From Podarcis melisellensis (Eukaryota): a stretch of 64,000 bases of DNA. The notes under the pieces are model-generated. The model searched no databases. It was not told the origin of the DNA and worked only from the letters and a program-made list of their open reading frames with translations. A program made the translations under genes and the position numbers. Positions 1 through 13,850 of the stretch are shown piece after piece. The DNA is taken from the NCBI GenBank assembly GCA_964234715.1, contig OZ174282.1, one strand, 5' to 3'. Each line of letters opens with the position of its first letter. Within the stretch, counting starts at the first letter, position 1.

Positions 1-203
1 ATGGCAAAAGTGTGTAGACAAATGCTAAACCTCTGTAGTGTGGGGCGCTACTCAAAATAATTAAAGAGTGTTTAGAATCGCCAACATTTCCCCAGATACC
101 GTATGTGTTTATCTCAATGAAATTTGCCTCCATGTAAGCGTGTGTAACTTCTTGGGTTTCAAGCCCTGAACAACTTCATTGGGATTTTTTTCCTTTTGTG
201 CAG

Positions 204-292
204 AATTTTCAAAGGAAATGGAGTTCCTGGAAGCCGTAACCAGCGCCTTGCGAGCCCTTTTGCAAACACTGGCGTCTAATAATATATCTCAG
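204..292 (+). CDS. HEATR3: HEATR3 coding exon (internal)
   Basis: tgtgcag acceptor and cag|gtgag donor; encodes FSKEMEFLEAVTSALRALLQTLASNNISQ, in phase with the next exon. Confidence 0.88.
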
Positions 293-616
293 GTGAGACT
301 GCTTTTTTCCCAGGGGTGGAGGTGCCAGAAGGGGGATAAACTGAGAAAACTGGGTGAAGGAGAAGTATGGAAAGGCTGTTCTCCTAACATGCAGCCAGTG
401 TCTCCAAACATGTACAGAGTGCTTTTTGTCTATATCTGTTGCTTCTGTGCAACCTGTTTGTAAGTAGCCTGAGGTGCTAGCCCTCCACTTTTATATGTTT
501 GATGCCTTAAACACTTGAATTAAAAAATGTTCTTTGGCATTTGCTTTGAAACAGCTTGGATGCTGAGTGTTTTATCTCTTCCCCTCACCAGTCCCAATTT
601 TTATTCTTTTAAACAG

Positions 617-760
617 AGCATGTCTCCTGAGCAGCTGATGACTTTATGTGAAGCCGGTATTCAGAATACCAATGTTAGTGTCCGAGTAAACGTGGTTAGC
701 ATTCTAGGAATTGCTGGCAGTGTGCTGGCCAAGGTGGAAGACACAGCAGAAACACTAAAG
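617..760 (+). CDS. HEATR3: HEATR3 coding exon
   Basis: aaacag acceptor, aag|gtaaaa donor, 144 nt; [14 protein letters not shown]...AETLK, HEAT/ARM-like helices. Confidence 0.92.
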
Positions 761-865
761 GTAAAACTTCTGTATGGAAATACCTATCTCTCACTTCTGG
801 CAATGACATTACTGCTTGTAAGATCTGTAGTGATTTTTGGGGTACCTGTTTCTGTGTCATTTCAG

Positions 866-1042
866 ATGATTGGGAAATTCCTCCTTGACGTTGCAACGAA
901 GGATCCTTCCCTTGTGGTGGTGGGGGAAGCTCTGGATGCCCTCTTTGATGTGTTCGCTGACGGTAAAGAAGCCGAAAAGGCAGGAGAGCAAATAAAGTTG
1001 TTATATGCACTTAAGGAATTCCAGCCAGTTTTCAAATCGCGG
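866..1042 (+). CDS. HEATR3: HEATR3 penultimate coding exon
   Basis: tttcag acceptor, cgg|gtaagc donor, 177 nt; [33 protein letters not shown]...FKSR. Confidence 0.93.
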
Positions 1043-1830
1043 GTAAGCCTATTTTATTCACTGTGAGAGGGAAGTACTTGAAACACTAATAGGGTTTGTG
1101 ACTTCACTAATGCCACCAGTTGGGAAAACTTTTCTTTACCGCAGTTGCATCCAAGATTCATATTGAATACCTAAAAAAAAAAATTCTTGTTGAGGGAAAA
1201 AAAGGGGAGAGCAAGTTTCTAGTCCTCATTGGTTCAATAATATGTCTCCAAAGATGGAGGCAAGTGAATGTTAGAATGCTAGTGGTGAGAAAGGAAGGTG
1301 TTTGGTTTCCCCCCTTCTCTTTTTGTTGAGCCCTGTCTGTCGTCATAGACATGACCCCAGCTCGGTGTCGGCATCTCATGAGAGCCGTTCTTTGGGTCTG
1401 TCCTTCTTCAGTGTCATGTTGCTGTTAAGACAAGCTTGCCTAGCTTTGCTCAGATAATGTGTGTGCTTCTGTCACAGCTGAACAGAGTTTAGTAAATATG
1501 ACCAGATGGTTTTTATTAGGTCAGGCCAGTGCTAGCTGTTTGGAATCTCGGAGAATTTGGCTTTTTGTGGGGATTAAATTTTAGGTTTTGAGGGGTTAAT
1601 GCAAAGGCATCGTCTGAGAAATAATTGCAGTGCTGTACCTGCCAGCCCCAGAGAACATGTTGCTCTGGAACACAAGGAAGGAGCTTGTCTGCCAGCCTGG
1701 GAGACAGATGCTGCTTAGTCATTTCCTAGTTTGCCGAGTCAAAGTGTACTAGTGTGGGTTCTCCAAGGAGGAGAAAGGACTAAGGGGTTGAGTGCACACC
1801 TATGTGTTCATCACTGGGGCGGGGGGTGTC

Positions 1831-1993
1831 GCTTCTGAATACTAGTTGCTGGGAGCAACAGGAGGGGAAAGTATTCTTGTGCTCGGGTCCTGCTGGCAAG
1901 TTATCCTTAGGCATCTGGGTGGCCATTGTGAGAACAGAACTCTGGACCAGATGAGCCATTGGCCTAATCCAGCAGGCTCTTCTTATGTTCTTA
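1831..1993 (+). mobile_element. CR1 LINE (or CR1-tailed SINE) 3' end fragment
   Basis: ends in ...tccagcaggctcttcttatgttctta, a CR1-type tail; similar to 11390-11528. Confidence 0.6.
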
Positions 1994-3017
1994 AGGTCAG
2001 GTAAAGACTTGCGCATGTGTGAATGAGCTAGCACACATCAGCCAGCACTTCCAGCCTTTCCTAGCAATCGACACCGGCATAATCAGTGGTGGAAGTTCAC
2101 ACATTCAGTTCACATCTAAACCATCTATTCAAAGCAGCAACATATCAATTCAAACCATCAGCCCCCACAAAGATTCCTGGAAATTGTAGCTTGTTTAAGG
2201 GTATGGAGAGTTGCTAGGAGACCCTGAACAAACTACAGTTCCCAGGGTTCTTTGAGGGAAACCATGACTGTTTAAAGTGGTATAAGAGTGTGGTTGTGGC
2301 CTTGGTTGCAAGTTATCCATGACAAAAGTAGCAAGCAAGCCCTAGGATCAGCACACGACAGCTGTTGAGGCCTCAGCATCCCTGTAGGCGCAACTCTGGT
2401 GCCTGTCCTGAGCCCTTCTTGAAACAGAAACAAAAACCCACCCACAATCAGCTACTGTAATCAGCAGTGACCAGCTTGGTTTAAAAGCTGATGTTTTAAT
2501 TTCCCATAATGCCTACACTAGGGCATTATGGAAAAAAATTAAAAGGCGACTTTCAGCTGCCCAGTGCTGTCTGCTGCTGATGACATCAGATGATTCCACT
2601 AAGACTCACCTACACAGAAGAGCTCCATTGATTAGGAGGGGACCCAACAGAGGGCCTTCTACTATGGGCCTCCTCAAACCTGGAGCTGGTCCTGGTATTT
2701 GAGCATTGTACACATGTGAGTCTGCCGCTTGGGTTGTAGCCCCCTTAGAGGTACTGAGATTAGACCAACTTCAACTAATGAAAATAAATCATGTGTGTTA
2801 ACTTCAGTAGGTCTCTGCTGAGTAGGACTAGCATTGGATACCACCTAAAGTGTTGAATTATCAGAGGGAGGGAATGCTCACCAGGATTATTATAATTATT
2901 TATTCCATGGTTTTATAACCCACCTTGATCACTGAGATCATCTGCGGGGAGCACTGTTGGACATTCCCTGTGTTGGTGAGGCTCATTTGACCGTAACAAG
3001 AAACCAAGCCTTTAGTG

Positions 3018-3210
3018 CAGAGCTTACTAAATTGTGTGTCGCGACACGTTAGTGTGTTGGCACGTCACACAAATGCTCCCTGCGCTCCTCCCAGAACTAG
3101 AAAAGGGTTGATTTTAACCTCTGGTTTGCTAGTAAAACTGAATTACCATCTTGTGAAATGATACATGTCTAAAAAGTATATCATCAACGTGGAAAGTTTG
3201 GAAAGCTCTG
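3018..3210. mobile_element. hAT-family MITE
   Basis: ends cagagctt.../...aagctctg; perfect 8-bp TSD CTTTAGTG at 3010-3017 and 3211-3218. Confidence 0.85.
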
Positions 3211-3758
3211 CTTTAGTGTCATCAGCCCAGTCCTGTGGAACACTTTGTCACTAGAGATTCAGCAGACGCCTTCTCTTCCGACTTCTAAATGCCTGCTGGA
3301 AATGTTTCTATTCTGTCGGATTTATACAGGCAATTGAGAATACATCTTTCCATAATAGCTGCTTTCTGATTTTTAACTTTTTACTGTATGCTTCTATGTA
3401 TTATTGTTGTAAACTGCTCCGATTTTTTTATGAATAGCTGAATAGAAATATTTTTAATAAATAACTAAATCCCTGTTGGTGGAGCACTGCTCATTTTAAG
3501 CTTGTGACCCTTAAACTACTATGATATCTGAGTGAAGATAATTTAGTTATTCTTGCCACCCACTCTAACTTGTTACTTTGGGCAAGAGACATCAATGCCC
3601 TGCTTTTGAAAGGACTGCATACAACATCTCCTTTTGCAGAGGAGGACTGTGGGTTTTTGTTTGTTTGTTTGCTTGTTTGTTTTTGGATGGTTTGGGATTC
3701 CTCTCCTGTAGAATATCAACATAATACACTTGTCTTTTTCCCCCCTTTTGAATTGCAG

Positions 3759-3872
3759 ATGCGGAAAGAAGGGAAAGGACAGTACAGCTCAGATCAATTA
3801 TGTGTGCTTGACAATGTGAAACTGAACTTAAGAAGATTCATTGCCTATCAAGAGAAATTGGAGAGAAAATAA
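3759..3872 (+). CDS. HEATR3: HEATR3 last coding exon with stop codon
   Basis: ttgcag acceptor; [37 protein letters not shown] matches the HEATR3 C-terminus as I recall it; upstream neighbour of TENT4B as in human. Confidence 0.93.
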   Translation: MRKEGKGQYSSDQLCVLDNVKLNLRRFIAYQEKLERK

Positions 3873-5855
3873 TAATTTTTGAATAGGAAAAAAAGACTGT
3901 AAAGCTATATTTTTATTATCGTTTGTTAAATACTTTAGCTTGGGATTTTTCTATAGCACCTTGCAGTGATTGGTGGCAGGAGGTGAGTTAAGAAATTGTG
4001 GAGTTATGGAGCTGTTAAAACTGGATTCAGCATCTGTAAGTGCCGCAGCATTTGATTTTGATTCAGTGTTGACAGTAGCCAGAATGTGCCCTTAAATACT
4101 GGAAAAAAGTTTATGTCACCCATCAGTTTCTCAAGAACCAGCATCAGATTTTAGGAGTAAGCTCTGCTGAAGGCCTAATGTAATATTCCTAATCTTCCAG
4201 CCATCATTAGAAGATTGGGAAGATCTTGCTTTCCTTCCACTCTTCCTATTTCATCTGCACATGGCATTGGAGGGTAGTGTTGGGCCATGGTTAGCTCAAA
4301 CCGGAGTTTGCACACCAACTTCTAACCATGGCTGCCAGCTCTGATTTGATATAATCATGGTTAATGTTAACATTGGTGCAGACATTAAAAGGGAAGTGAG
4401 GGAGCATGCAAGCCTGTGGAGTACTCATACTCTCTTAACCAAGGTTAAAAAATCTAGACTATTACATTGGTACTGGCTTGAAATTTCTGGATTTTATTTT
4501 CATTGTGTGGAAATATACATGCCTTCCATGTACAAAAGCATTGTTCTGCAAAGGAAATGTGAATTTAATTTATGTTGGAAGACTATTAAAAGGTATGCTT
4601 TTATAGACTGCTCTGAGGGTATAATTCCCTGAAAAACCAATATTTGCTTTTAAGTTGATCTACTTTAATACACTTAATATTCTTGTGGATTAGACCCAAG
4701 TGGCTTTATCCTAGGGGTGGCTTTGTGCCAACTACATATTAGCTAACTGCACTGCAAAAACATACCAAGATTCTTTCAACCTGGAATATACTCTTTGCCA
4801 TATGTATCAGGCTCAGACTAGCAGGTGGGGGAGCCCTCCCTAAGTACCAGTTTTGATCCTATAGGTGCCAGCTGTACGCAAGGTTGGAAAAATATTTCCA
4901 GCATCTCCTTTTCTAGGCAGCGCCTTGCTTGGGATTTTTCCAGCCTGGGCTATATAAATGATAGATTGCTATCGACTGCTACTGTTGAGCAGCTACAACA
5001 GGTGTGACTGTTGTCACTCTGCAAAGTCACCCACACCTGTCACCTTGAAATGTGTTTGCTGAACAGTTGGGAAAATATAGATAGCGCAAAACCAGCTCGA
5101 GATTTCCTTCGAGTCGATTAAGTGGATTGAAAGCAGGCATTAACAGAAAGCAGCAGGTTAGCCATGCTGAGCAATAGAGTCGTGCGGCACCTTTTGTTAC
5201 CATAAATATGTGTATGTAGAATGTCGGCTTTCGTAGGCAAGTGACTACTTCCAGCAGCATCAGTTGAAAAAGGGTATTTCCTTCAGAAGTTCATAGAACA
5301 ATATATTAGTTGGAATATAATTCTGGCCTCCGTTTGTGGACGGGAGGGCATGGAAGCTCCAGGAAAGAGAATATCCTGTGCTGGCATTCTTCCTGCCTTA
5401 CCCAGCTCACAGGGTGCCCAGCTTTAAAGCTGCCTCTTCTACCAAGGCGTCAACTAGCACAGGTCTCATTCTGTGACTCAGTTCTGCTGGCTCCTGACAG
5501 GTGTGCAGCATGCATGTGTGAACATCCGGAGAGCCCTGCTGGGTCAGACCAAAGGCCCATCTGCTCCAGGATCCTGTTCGTACAATGTCCAACCAGGTTC
5601 CATGGGGATGTCTGCAAGCAGGATGCCACATGTGGTCAGGTGAATTGAGGTTTTGGGTGGCCGTGCCCTGGTGTATCAGTCACCTGGATCCTCAGCACTG
5701 CACCCTCCATACAGCAAAGGATTGTACATATGGTCTTCTAAGGCGTCAACTTGCAGAAGGCTTCCTGAGCAACACAGCAGAGGAATCCTCAGCATATTAT
5801 TCTTTTACCATTTGTAGCATAGACTGTTGTCATATCACCTTGAAACTGTTATATA

Positions 5856-6009
5856 CCGTATAAGATGCCCCCATGTATAAGACAACCCCTATTTTGGGGG
5901 ACTCTGATTTAAGAAAATGGGGGGAGATGGCCCCCGTGTATAAGACGCCCCCAAATTTCGGACATTATTTTTTAAGGGGGAACCTAGTCTTAGACATGGA
6001 AAAATACGG
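5856..6009. mobile_element. Tc1/mariner-superfamily (Tc2/pogo-like) MITE, left end partly deleted
   Basis: TA|CCGTA...TACGG|TA ends; internal repeats of gtataagacg. Confidence 0.6.
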
Positions 6010-7859
6010 TATACTAGGGTAATATACGGAAGCCAAGAAAATACGCTACATTTTGTTTCTTAATATCTGCCCTGCCTAAAAATCTATGAGGTTTTTTCTT
6101 TTTTTTAAATTGTGTATTGTTGGATAGAGAAAAAAGGCTATTTGATCAGTGTCTCCTCCCCACCTTGCATAGAATCTGGTGATGTTTCAAATGGGCAGGT
6201 AAATGAGCCACATCATAGTGGCTCATAGTGGTTCACACATAGTTTAGTGTTTTTGCACTAAACTTGGATGCATATAAATAAATATGTTTAAAGTATTTGC
6301 AGTTCTACTAAAATATATATTGTGGAGATTACAAGTTGGAAAGTTGGAAGGATTCTGTTTAGTAAGTCAAGTTTTAACTGAATAGTATTTTATTTGAAAA
6401 GTGATTCAGTTTGTTAAGTATTTGTCTTAAGTTGTGGGGGTGGAAGGGCATGACATGAATTGCAATCACACAAAATACGTAAAATACTGGAAATACTGAA
6501 GCCCTGTAATAATGGGGAATTTCTGATTTGTGCTTATATCCCTGGCTGACGACAATAATCACACGACTCCAGATCTAGGAAATAAACCGTACCTCTAAAG
6601 ACACGATAAACTGACCACCTTAGCCCCGCTTTCATAGGGACATTTTCTCTCCACAAACACATTGCTAGTTCTGCATGAGGGTGGCAGGAATCAGAGAGAA
6701 AATTCTTGGCGGTGATTGTTAAGTGTTTGCTTTCTCTGCTTTCCTTCTCTTAAACCTTTTGGGTTTTGCCATGGTGTGAGAAAGGAGGAGAAATTGCAAG
6801 CGGTGTCTGTTGACAATATCAGACAGAGCTGTAGGTAGCGTGAAGGCGCCACCTGGAACTTCTTGCTCTGAAAATCTCAGCATCAACTTTTCTGGGGTAA
6901 GAGAATCTCATGCTGAGGATTTACAGAGGCCATGCCTCTGTCTCTTCATATTGTTCAGGCTGATAGCACTTTCATGTTGCTAAATACAAACACAATATAA
7001 ACAGTACCTGCTGCTGGCTAATTTCCTGCATTGTTTCGGTGGGAGGTGCTACACATTTAGAAATCAAGCTTCCACTTAGTACATTTTTACACACCATCTG
7101 CTCAAAGCAATTTTAATCATGCATTCAGAGATGGAAAATCTCTGTGAGCCTTTGGTAAGCGAAACAATTAAAACCTTTTTTTATATACAATCGGAATGAG
7201 GAAACCTGAATGAAAACAAAGCAATCTCCCTTACCCAGTTAATTGAGACCTGTGTTTATTGCTTCACTACCTTTTGCCCGTTTGGCCTCTGACGAAGAAA
7301 TGACCAGTCCATAATTTTAATGGTAGGTTTATTGTAGCTGTGAGAGACAGAATAACAACAAATTGCTTCAAAACAATTTGATGTTATTGTTGGGGCAGGT
7401 TCCCTGGGAATCTCCATAGGACTGTACTTCAGATTCCTTTTTATTCAGCGAAGTGTGTATTTACAAGAGAGAGAAAGAAAATGTTATAGTATCCAAATAG
7501 TAATAACTCTCACCTCAGATTCTTATTTTGATCAGACCAGATGATATGCCTTGCTGAGTGAAGGGTTTGGATGCTCAATTTGGGCAAGACAAAAAAGGTC
7601 AGTGCTTCTAGTGGAATATATTTGTCTTTTGCTACTGAGCAACACTAATGCCTTGGGTTGTGGGATTCACCTTACAATTGTCATGTGATGTCTTTGGCAA
7701 TAAGTGTTTCCCCGTCCCCCATCTGTAAAACAAATTCCCAAAATTTGGGTGTTCGACCATTCTTTATGGGTGCAGTTTTCTTCATAGCTATCTACAATTT
7801 CTGCAAAAGCCAGATTAGATTGCTGCCAGGCACGCCACTGTAGGTGGTATGGTCTAGCT

Positions 7860-7995
7860 CAGGCTTGCTGAACCTTGGCCCTCCAGATGTTTTGAGACTA
7901 CAATTCCCATCATCCCTGACCACTGGTCCTGCTAGCTAGGGATCATGGGAGTTGTAGGCCAAAAACTTCTGGAGGGCCGAGGTTGAGGAAGCCTG
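7860..7995. mobile_element. hAT (Charlie-like) palindromic MITE
   Basis: caggctt.../...aagcctg ends, near-complete hairpin; perfect 8-bp TSD GTCTAGCT at 7852-7859 and 7996-8003. Confidence 0.88.
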
Positions 7996-8003
7996 GTCTA
8001 GCT

Positions 8004-8139
8004 CAGTGAAGGGGAGCGTGGCCTTCTATATGTTGTTGAACTAAAGTTCCCATCATCCCTGACCATTGGCCATGCTGGCTGGAGTTGATGAGTGTTCTAG
8101 TCTAGCAACATCTGGAGGGCCACAGGTTCCCCATCCCTG
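8004..8139. mobile_element. older related hAT (MER3/MER5-like) MITE
   Basis: same internal core (ttcccatcatccctgacca...acatctggagggcc), ends ...ccccatccctg; more diverged. Confidence 0.7.
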
Positions 8140-10286
8140 TCAAGTGCAGAATGCATTTGAGTGATAGAGGGGCACAAGCTACAAGTAAATAGCGTAACAT
8201 TTTTTGTTACTCGTTCAAATATTTTCACCTTGACAAACTACTTCTTCGTTTATGTGGCTTCATAGTGATTAAGATTCTGTGAATTATTTTTGCTAATGGT
8301 TTTGATGAACTTTTGTTTGTGGAGGAAGTGGTAGCAAGGTGTTCTCCAGAAAGGACACTCACATATTTAGCACTTAGTATGCTTTTAAAGGCCTGAAATA
8401 GCTGACCTGCAGAAACTAGTTCAGGCCCCGAATACTATGTTGAACAACATTATTATTAATAATTTTTATTGAATTTATATACCGCCCTATACCTGGAGGT
8501 CTCAAACAAATGTGTTCTGAAACACATTAGCAACTATAGAAGTTTGCACTTGAAAAGGACTATCCCTTTAGTCAACCAGACAGTTTATCTGGTTTTCTAA
8601 TAAATCTACCAGTTTTCTAATACATCTACCAACACTGTCTTCACTTACTTGCATGCTGTATTACTGACCTCAGCTCTTTGGCTGCCCCCTCCCAGCATTT
8701 AATAAGTGTGTGTGTGTTTATATAACACACATTTCTCATGTTGAAATAATGGTTCAAAAAAGGGACCCGCAGAAGTCCCTTTTTTGAACCTGACCTTGTG
8801 ATAGTGGAAAAGGGGTTCCCGTTTATCATTTAAAAGATATTTGCGGGGGTGGTGTGGGGACAAAGAAGTAATCTCAATGGATGTTCACATTCTTCCAGTG
8901 CCATCTAGTCTGGGCTACACACTTCTTTCACTTTTGTGAATAATAGCAAACATTTTGTATACTACAAAATATGTGAACATGATTAATAAATCTGGGAGGA
9001 AAACTCATGGATAAGAGCAGAAAGGGAAGATAACCAAAGCACAACATGAAGAAACAATCAAGTATGTGAAAAAGGAAGGATCACTCTAATGGCAGTGAGT
9101 GTGAGGATGACCATAGTCTAGAAAGTAAATTAAAAAGCAAAGAAAGCTGAAGAAAGTCGGAGCCACTGTGCAAGTCAGAAAAAGGCATAATGGTTATAAG
9201 CCAGTCTATGGATTGAAAGAAGCTGGGGGGGGGGGGATCGGAAGATAAAGCTGGAAAGTAAAAGGTGCTATGGTTTATGCATTTCTGGAAGCAACGTCAT
9301 AAGACAATCCTGCAGTGCGGTTGACCCATGCTGAATATAGCTTGTTAGTCCAATACTACAGAGAGAAAGAGTTCAATAAAGCTTGCTTTCCTTACCTGCT
9401 TGGGATCGTAAAAATGAGACTAAAGGGGGAAATGGTGCACTTTTATCACAAATTAGTCTCATTTTATTGAATTTTGCAAAATTAGTCTCTTAATACCAGA
9501 GACAAATCATTGTTTCCAGATGGAAGATAGAAAGTGGCTTTATATTGGTCCATGTTGCTCAGTATTGTCTATACTGATGGTAGCTCTCCAGGATTTCAAA
9601 TGAATGTTTCCCAGCCCTACCTGAAGATGCTGGGCATTGAAGCTGGGATGCTTTGCTACTGAGCTGCAACTATAAGATTATTTCCCATTTAATTAAATGA
9701 TTTTGTCAGGCTTGGTTATTGTTCTGTCTTGACCAAGTCCTTAAATTTAAAACAAAATTGGGGGAGCTGTCAGGACCTTTGGCAAACTGTTATCTAATTC
9801 TATATGTGTTAGAGAAGCATAGCATTAGTAGGTAGGTAGAGAGCTGACCAATGCGCTCTAGTCATAATCAAAGTGACTATCTTTAGTATTACGGTACTTC
9901 ACAAGTTCCACAGAGGAGGCATGATATGAAAAACCAATTGGTATGGTGGATAGAATGCAGGCAGGCCTAAAGGAGAGATGGCATGTCTGTTTATGAAGGT
10001 AGTGGACACAGACAGCAACTGAAGGAGAGTGTGTGTTGTTGTCTCACCAGCAAAAGGTTTGCGTGCATGGAGGTGTGTGAGAGCAGTAGGTTGTAAAGTG
10101 ACATAAATGAACTATTAGAACAGGATGATCTAACATGCAGTCCAAGGGCCACATGAAGACCTCAGTGCCTTTTTTGGCAGCCCTTGGAAACATTTGACAC
10201 CCTCCCCACAGCTTTTGCACTGCCTTCCCAAAGCCGGGAAAACAAGATTATGGGCTTTGGGGAAAAGGTCCTAGGGGCCTCTAGCC

Positions 10287-10409
10287 TAAGGTTACCAGAC
10301 ATCCCCGTTTCCTGGGGACAGTCCCCGGATTTACAAATCAGTCCCCATACAAAATCCATTGAAGTTGAAAAGTGTCCCCAGATTCATTGAAAAAAAACTG
10401 GTAACCTTA
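10287..10409. mobile_element. hAT MITE
   Basis: terminal inverted repeat (TIR) taaggttaccag/ctggtaacctta; perfect 8-bp TSD CTCTAGCC at 10279-10286 and 10410-10417. Confidence 0.88.
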
Positions 10410-10780
10410 CTCTAGCCTCCTTTCCAAAGCCTAGTTAGTGCGTTTCCAGCTTTGAGAAGAACATGGGAGAGTTCTAGGATCCTGCCTGACCCTTGTGCCA
10501 CCTCCTCAAAGCCTGGTGCGTCACTTATCCCTTTGAGAAGGCAGCATGGTGGTCTAGTGGGGCATCAATTTTTGGCCTCACCGCCTCGCCCTCTGCACAA
10601 CAAGGCAGTGTGCGGTTTGCAGGTTCCATGTTGAAGTGCTATTGTGGTCCACTTGGTATGAGAAGTTAGACTTCCCTGTATTAAAACAATCATAGGGATG
10701 GTTGGGTTGACAGATTTGGGGTTGGGGTAGCATAAAGAAATAGCAGCTTGTCAACAAATCAATTTATTATTGTGTCATTG

Positions 10781-11528
10781 CAGGCAACTTCCCTATGAAG
10801 AAAGGTTGCGATGTCTTGGATATTTTAGTTTAGAGAAAAGATGAGAAAGAGGTGTCATGATCAGGGTCATAGCTAGGGGTGGTGAGGTGGGCCTCCGCCA
10901 AGGGCGCAAGCGATGGGTGTGTGCGTGCGCAAAAATATATCCATAAATATAAATGTTGATTATTGCCTCATAAGAAATGGTTTTCAATACAGAGTGAACT
11001 GAATTGGGGGGGGGGTGGAGAGTTGGAAAGAAGAGCTAATTTGTCCATGGCTAGAGGGTGCAATCTGGACTGTTCTGCCAGGGGCGCAAGATCACCTAGA
11101 TAGGCTCTGGTCATGATAGAAGTTTATAAAAGCGTACATGGCATGGAGAAAGCAGATAGAGAAAAGTTGTTTTTCCACTCTCGTAATAGTACAATTTGTG
11201 GACATCCAGTGAAGCTGAACAGTGGGAGATGTAGGACAGATAAAAAGAAGAACTTATTCATGCAGCACATAGTTAAACTATGACACTTGCTCACATACAT
11301 GAGGCAGTGATGATAGCTACAGACCTAGATAGATAGATTAGACAACTTCATGGAAGTTGGAGGTAGCAATGCTTCTGAATACCAGTTGCTGAAAACCACA
11401 GGAGGGGAGAGGGCTCTTGTGCCCGAATCCTACTTGCAGCAGGATTCCCACAGGCATCTGGGTGAACAACAGGATGCAGGAATAGTTGGGTCATAAACCT
11501 GATTCAACGGGAGCTTCTTTTGTTCTTA
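10781..11528 (+). mobile_element. 5'-truncated, decayed CR1 LINE (ORF2 end plus 3' UTR), interrupted by a hAT MITE
   Basis: decayed PYEERL..LG.FSLEKR-type coding motif (ccctatgaagaaaggttg...tttagtttagagaaaaga) and a tgttctta tail. Confidence 0.75.
10862..11109. mobile_element. hAT MITE nested in CR1
   Basis: imperfect TIRs cagggtcatagctagg/cctagataggctctg; perfect 8-bp TSD GTCATGAT at 10854-10861 and 11110-11117. Confidence 0.82.
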
Positions 11529-11769
11529 CAGGAGTACTGTTGCTAGGATTTTTAATGTTCAAAGCACCAGCTAGTTATGGTGAGACTTAGGCTGAACAGT
11601 CGAAGTACGCCTGAAAGTTTCTGCATTAAGTGAAGCAGTCCTTTTAAGGTGCCACAAGACTACATTTTGTGTTACACATATTTGAAATGCCTCGGATGTG
11701 TGTGTGTTCTGATAAAATGGCCTCTATTCCACAGAAACCCATGCCGCAATAAAATAATAAAATCAGTTT

Positions 11770-13850
<2,081 letters not shown>

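Noticed and set aside
4384-6282. HEATR3 polyadenylation site
   Set aside because: Several candidates (ATTAAA 4384, ATTAAA 4585, AATAAA 6277) cannot be distinguished without transcript data
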